64,000 nucleotides of DNA. It comes from Lophium mytilinum. Taxonomy: Eukaryota. The stretch spans positions 1,116,001 to 1,180,000 of the forward strand of contig MU004181.1 of assembly GCA_010093605.1 (NCBI GenBank), read 5' to 3'. Positions 61,718-64,000 of the stretch are shown here, piece by piece; position 1 is the stretch's first letter, and each line of letters opens with the position of its first letter. A program made the translations under genes and the position numbers. The notes beneath the pieces are model-generated. The model saw only the letters and a program-made list of their open reading frames with translations, did no database searches and was not told where the DNA came from.

Positions 61718-62165
61718 GCGAAGGGCCTTGATACAGTACATGACCACAACTCTGGGCACACAGACTTATCCCTACTTTCCTCGAATGTTGCTCACTCAAC
61801 ACCACTGTAAGGGGTGGCCTGGCTACTAAGCAGTCGACCAATCAAGAGATAGTCTAATCTGCACTACTTGAGACTCAACATCGCCCTTAACTATTCCACA
61901 TCCTCTGGGGGTACCCCAAGCAGCGGCAACAAGCGGTTAAATTGAAGGTCATGATCTCTACAGTACAAGACTACAAGTCTAGGCACACGATTTCATCACT
62001 CCTTGACTCGAATCTTGCTTATTCGCTGCCACTGTAGGGAATGGCCTGACCTATCAGTGGCCAATCAGCCAAGAGGTAGTCTAATTTGCACTGCTTGAAC
62101 CTCGACATTGACTATGGATATCTGAGATCCTATGGGGGTACCCCAAGCAGTCGCGGACAAGTGTG
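61718..62165. repeat. Degenerate tandem duplication, period 227 bp, 2 copies
   Basis: Collinear matching blocks: TACAGTACA (61732/61959), CTCGAAT, CCACTGTA, TAGTCTAAT.TGCACT.CTTGA, GTACCCCAAGCAG (61911/62138). Boundaries are approximate. Confidence 0.85.
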
Positions 62166-62447
62166 CATAGACTTTATAATTTTGTCGCTGTGTGCTCGAG
62201 CTCATTATACTCTGCAAGAATGCCAATTTGATAAGTCTACTACCGAAAGAAACGATTACAAAGTGTGAATATTGAAGTAACAAAACAGGTACGAGATGTG
62301 CTCTGTCCACCGACCACAAAATAAATGTAGCAACCTGCGTTTCCAAACCCAAAATCTTCAGGTTGAAAGTCACCCTTGGTAGCCAAGCTAGTGATTAATA
62401 GCTACCCGACGGCCAGGTTCTGCTGTAGCAGAAAGTAATGGGTTTGG

Positions 62448-63913
62448 CTATTGTGGGCCGAGATGCTGTTTCGATTCATCATAAGCATCAGTGCTATAGA
62501 ACCACGCGAGCTTCTTCTGAATGGCATCCTCGGAGTAAGCATCTGGATTCTGCGGCTGAGGTCTGAATTCGGGCTCCATGGGGTCGATGAAATGAGTGGA
62601 GTTATCGTATCCCCATTTGCCTAGTTGAGTAACATTGAACCCGACCAGCATGCTAGATGTCGGTTAAAACACTTCTTTAAATGCTAACGTAGAGTGAGCA
62701 CATACTCATGGTCCTCGTGAATGAGATTATGGCAATGGAACATGTACACTCCGTCCCACGGCGCGTACCGAGCGACGACCTGAGCAGTCCTGGGTTGGTC
62801 AGAAATATGCACGTGAATGGCGCCCAGTGAATGGGGATACATACTCGCCAGCAGCCAAATATACGACGTCCTTCAATCCCGCCGCTTCATATGGCAGAAC
62901 CGTTCCGCGGCCTCCAGTTCTCGACAGAATCTGGAAGTCAATAAGATGGATATGCACCGGATGTGTTCCCGCTCCTCCACTATTATGCAAGTTCCACACC
63001 TCCACAGACCCGCGCACTGGTTTGGCAATGATTCGGTGTTCGATGTCAGCAAAACCGACCCCATTGATTTTCCAGGCGTCGCCATCTCGCTCGAATTTGA
63101 AATCCTTGTCCGCTTTGCTCAGCTCTTTTGGAGGGAAAGGCACACGTCGGAGAGTAGATGGAACTCCGCCATTGTTTACTTGACTAGAGACTGTGTTTCC
63201 AACCACAAATCGCATCACCTTGTCAGTGGCTGGGTAGTCTGCAATCTCCGAGATGCCTACGCCGTTGTTGAGAGTGATGTTCTTGCCAGCGTAAGGGCTG
63301 AAGTCTACAACGATGTCGTACCGCTCCCCCGGGGATATCATCAGATCGTCGGTTTTGACAGGGTACCCGAGGAGACCTCCATAGCATCAGCTCACTTTCT
63401 CTGATGTTTAGTGGCATGATGGTTTCCTTACCAGAGTCAGAAGATATAACCTGGAAAGTTGCGTTCTTGTTGTCCCCATCGACGCCGAGAGAGAGTATAT
63501 AAGCTATTCGAAGGGTCTGTCGTCAGTCACATGTTCTCGCGAACATAAGATTTGGGGATACATTACTTCGGCTGAGTGAAGCGTCTAGAATTCGGAGACG
63601 GTATTTTCGAGGTTCGACGTTGAGATATGGCCAAGGCTGGCCATTCCTGGAGGATTGTCAGCACGTTCGAAGTCATATGATTAGTACCGGGCCGAGAGCT
63701 TTACACGTGAATAATGTCGCCCCAAAGGCCGGCTTGGTCAAAGGACTCGAAGTTCAATGTACCATCGTAGTTGTAGTACTTGGCTGATATCGCCAAAGAC
63801 ACGTCGTAGTTTCCACTAGGAAGTCCAAGGGAGTCTTCCTCATCATCACTGATGATGTAGATGCCTTCTTGGCCCTTGTAGGCATTGTCGGCAGTAATAT
63901 ACTCCGCATGGTC
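62448..63913 (-). CDS. Bilirubin-oxidase/CotA-type multicopper oxidase, 3' part (the gene continues beyond the window end)
   Basis: DHAEYITADNAYKGQ, WGDIIHV/NGQPWPYLNVEPRKYRLRILDAS, THPVHIHLIDFQ, YEAAGLKDVV, YMFHCHNLIHEDHD/M (copper ligands including the axial Met). Confidence 0.92.
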
Positions 63914-64000
63914 CTATATCAAGGTCAGAAACTCTTAGTATTAGAGAAAGCCCTACCTCTTAAGCTGTTATAAGATCTCAGGCAATCAAAAGCGACTTAC

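Noticed and set aside
53411..64000. Secondary-metabolite gene cluster (regulator, SDR, multicopper oxidase)
   Set aside because: No PKS, NRPS or terpene synthase in the window, and the housekeeping-type FAM32A gene interrupts the set. It cannot be excluded beyond the window edge.
1..64000. tRNA, rRNA, CRISPR arrays, telomeric repeats, autonomous transposons
   Set aside because: No cloverleaf with A/B boxes, rRNA-like sequence, repeat-spacer array, TTAGGG tract, or transposase/RT motif seen by eye; tRNAscan-SE and Infernal were not run.

Overview
This is a gene-dense, intron-containing eukaryotic region from a filamentous ascomycete (Pezizomycotina, probably Dothideomycetes; inferred from protein style and GT..CTRAC..YAG introns). 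About 24 protein-coding genes can be built by hand. Recognisable ones: a proline/serine-rich 'cell wall proline-rich' protein, a coiled-coil M-protein-repeat protein, an Adr1/AmdX-like C2H2 transcription factor, TMS1/Serinc, an MCH1-like MFS transporter, MED21/SRB7, RRG7, a GYF-domain protein, an OM14-like protein, MIA40, an S28 serine peptidase, a Fungal_trans_2-like regulator, glutaminyl-tRNA synthetase, an SDR, a FAM32A/DUF1754 protein and the 3' part of a bilirubin-oxidase-type multicopper oxidase. There are also several orphan ORFs and a small secreted effector-like gene. Non-coding features include a 338-bp TA-flanked TIR element (MITE) and a degenerate 227-bp tandem duplication. The most unusual observations are a 2-nt micro-exon, repeated C-rich-to-G-rich skew-switch islands centred inside genes, a divergent-looking GlnRS next to a regulator and an SDR, and a 548-codon unexplained ORF upstream of the transcription factor. 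I found no tRNA, rRNA or CRISPR array, and no novel multi-gene system can be established from sequence alone. All family assignments come from recalled motifs, not database searches.
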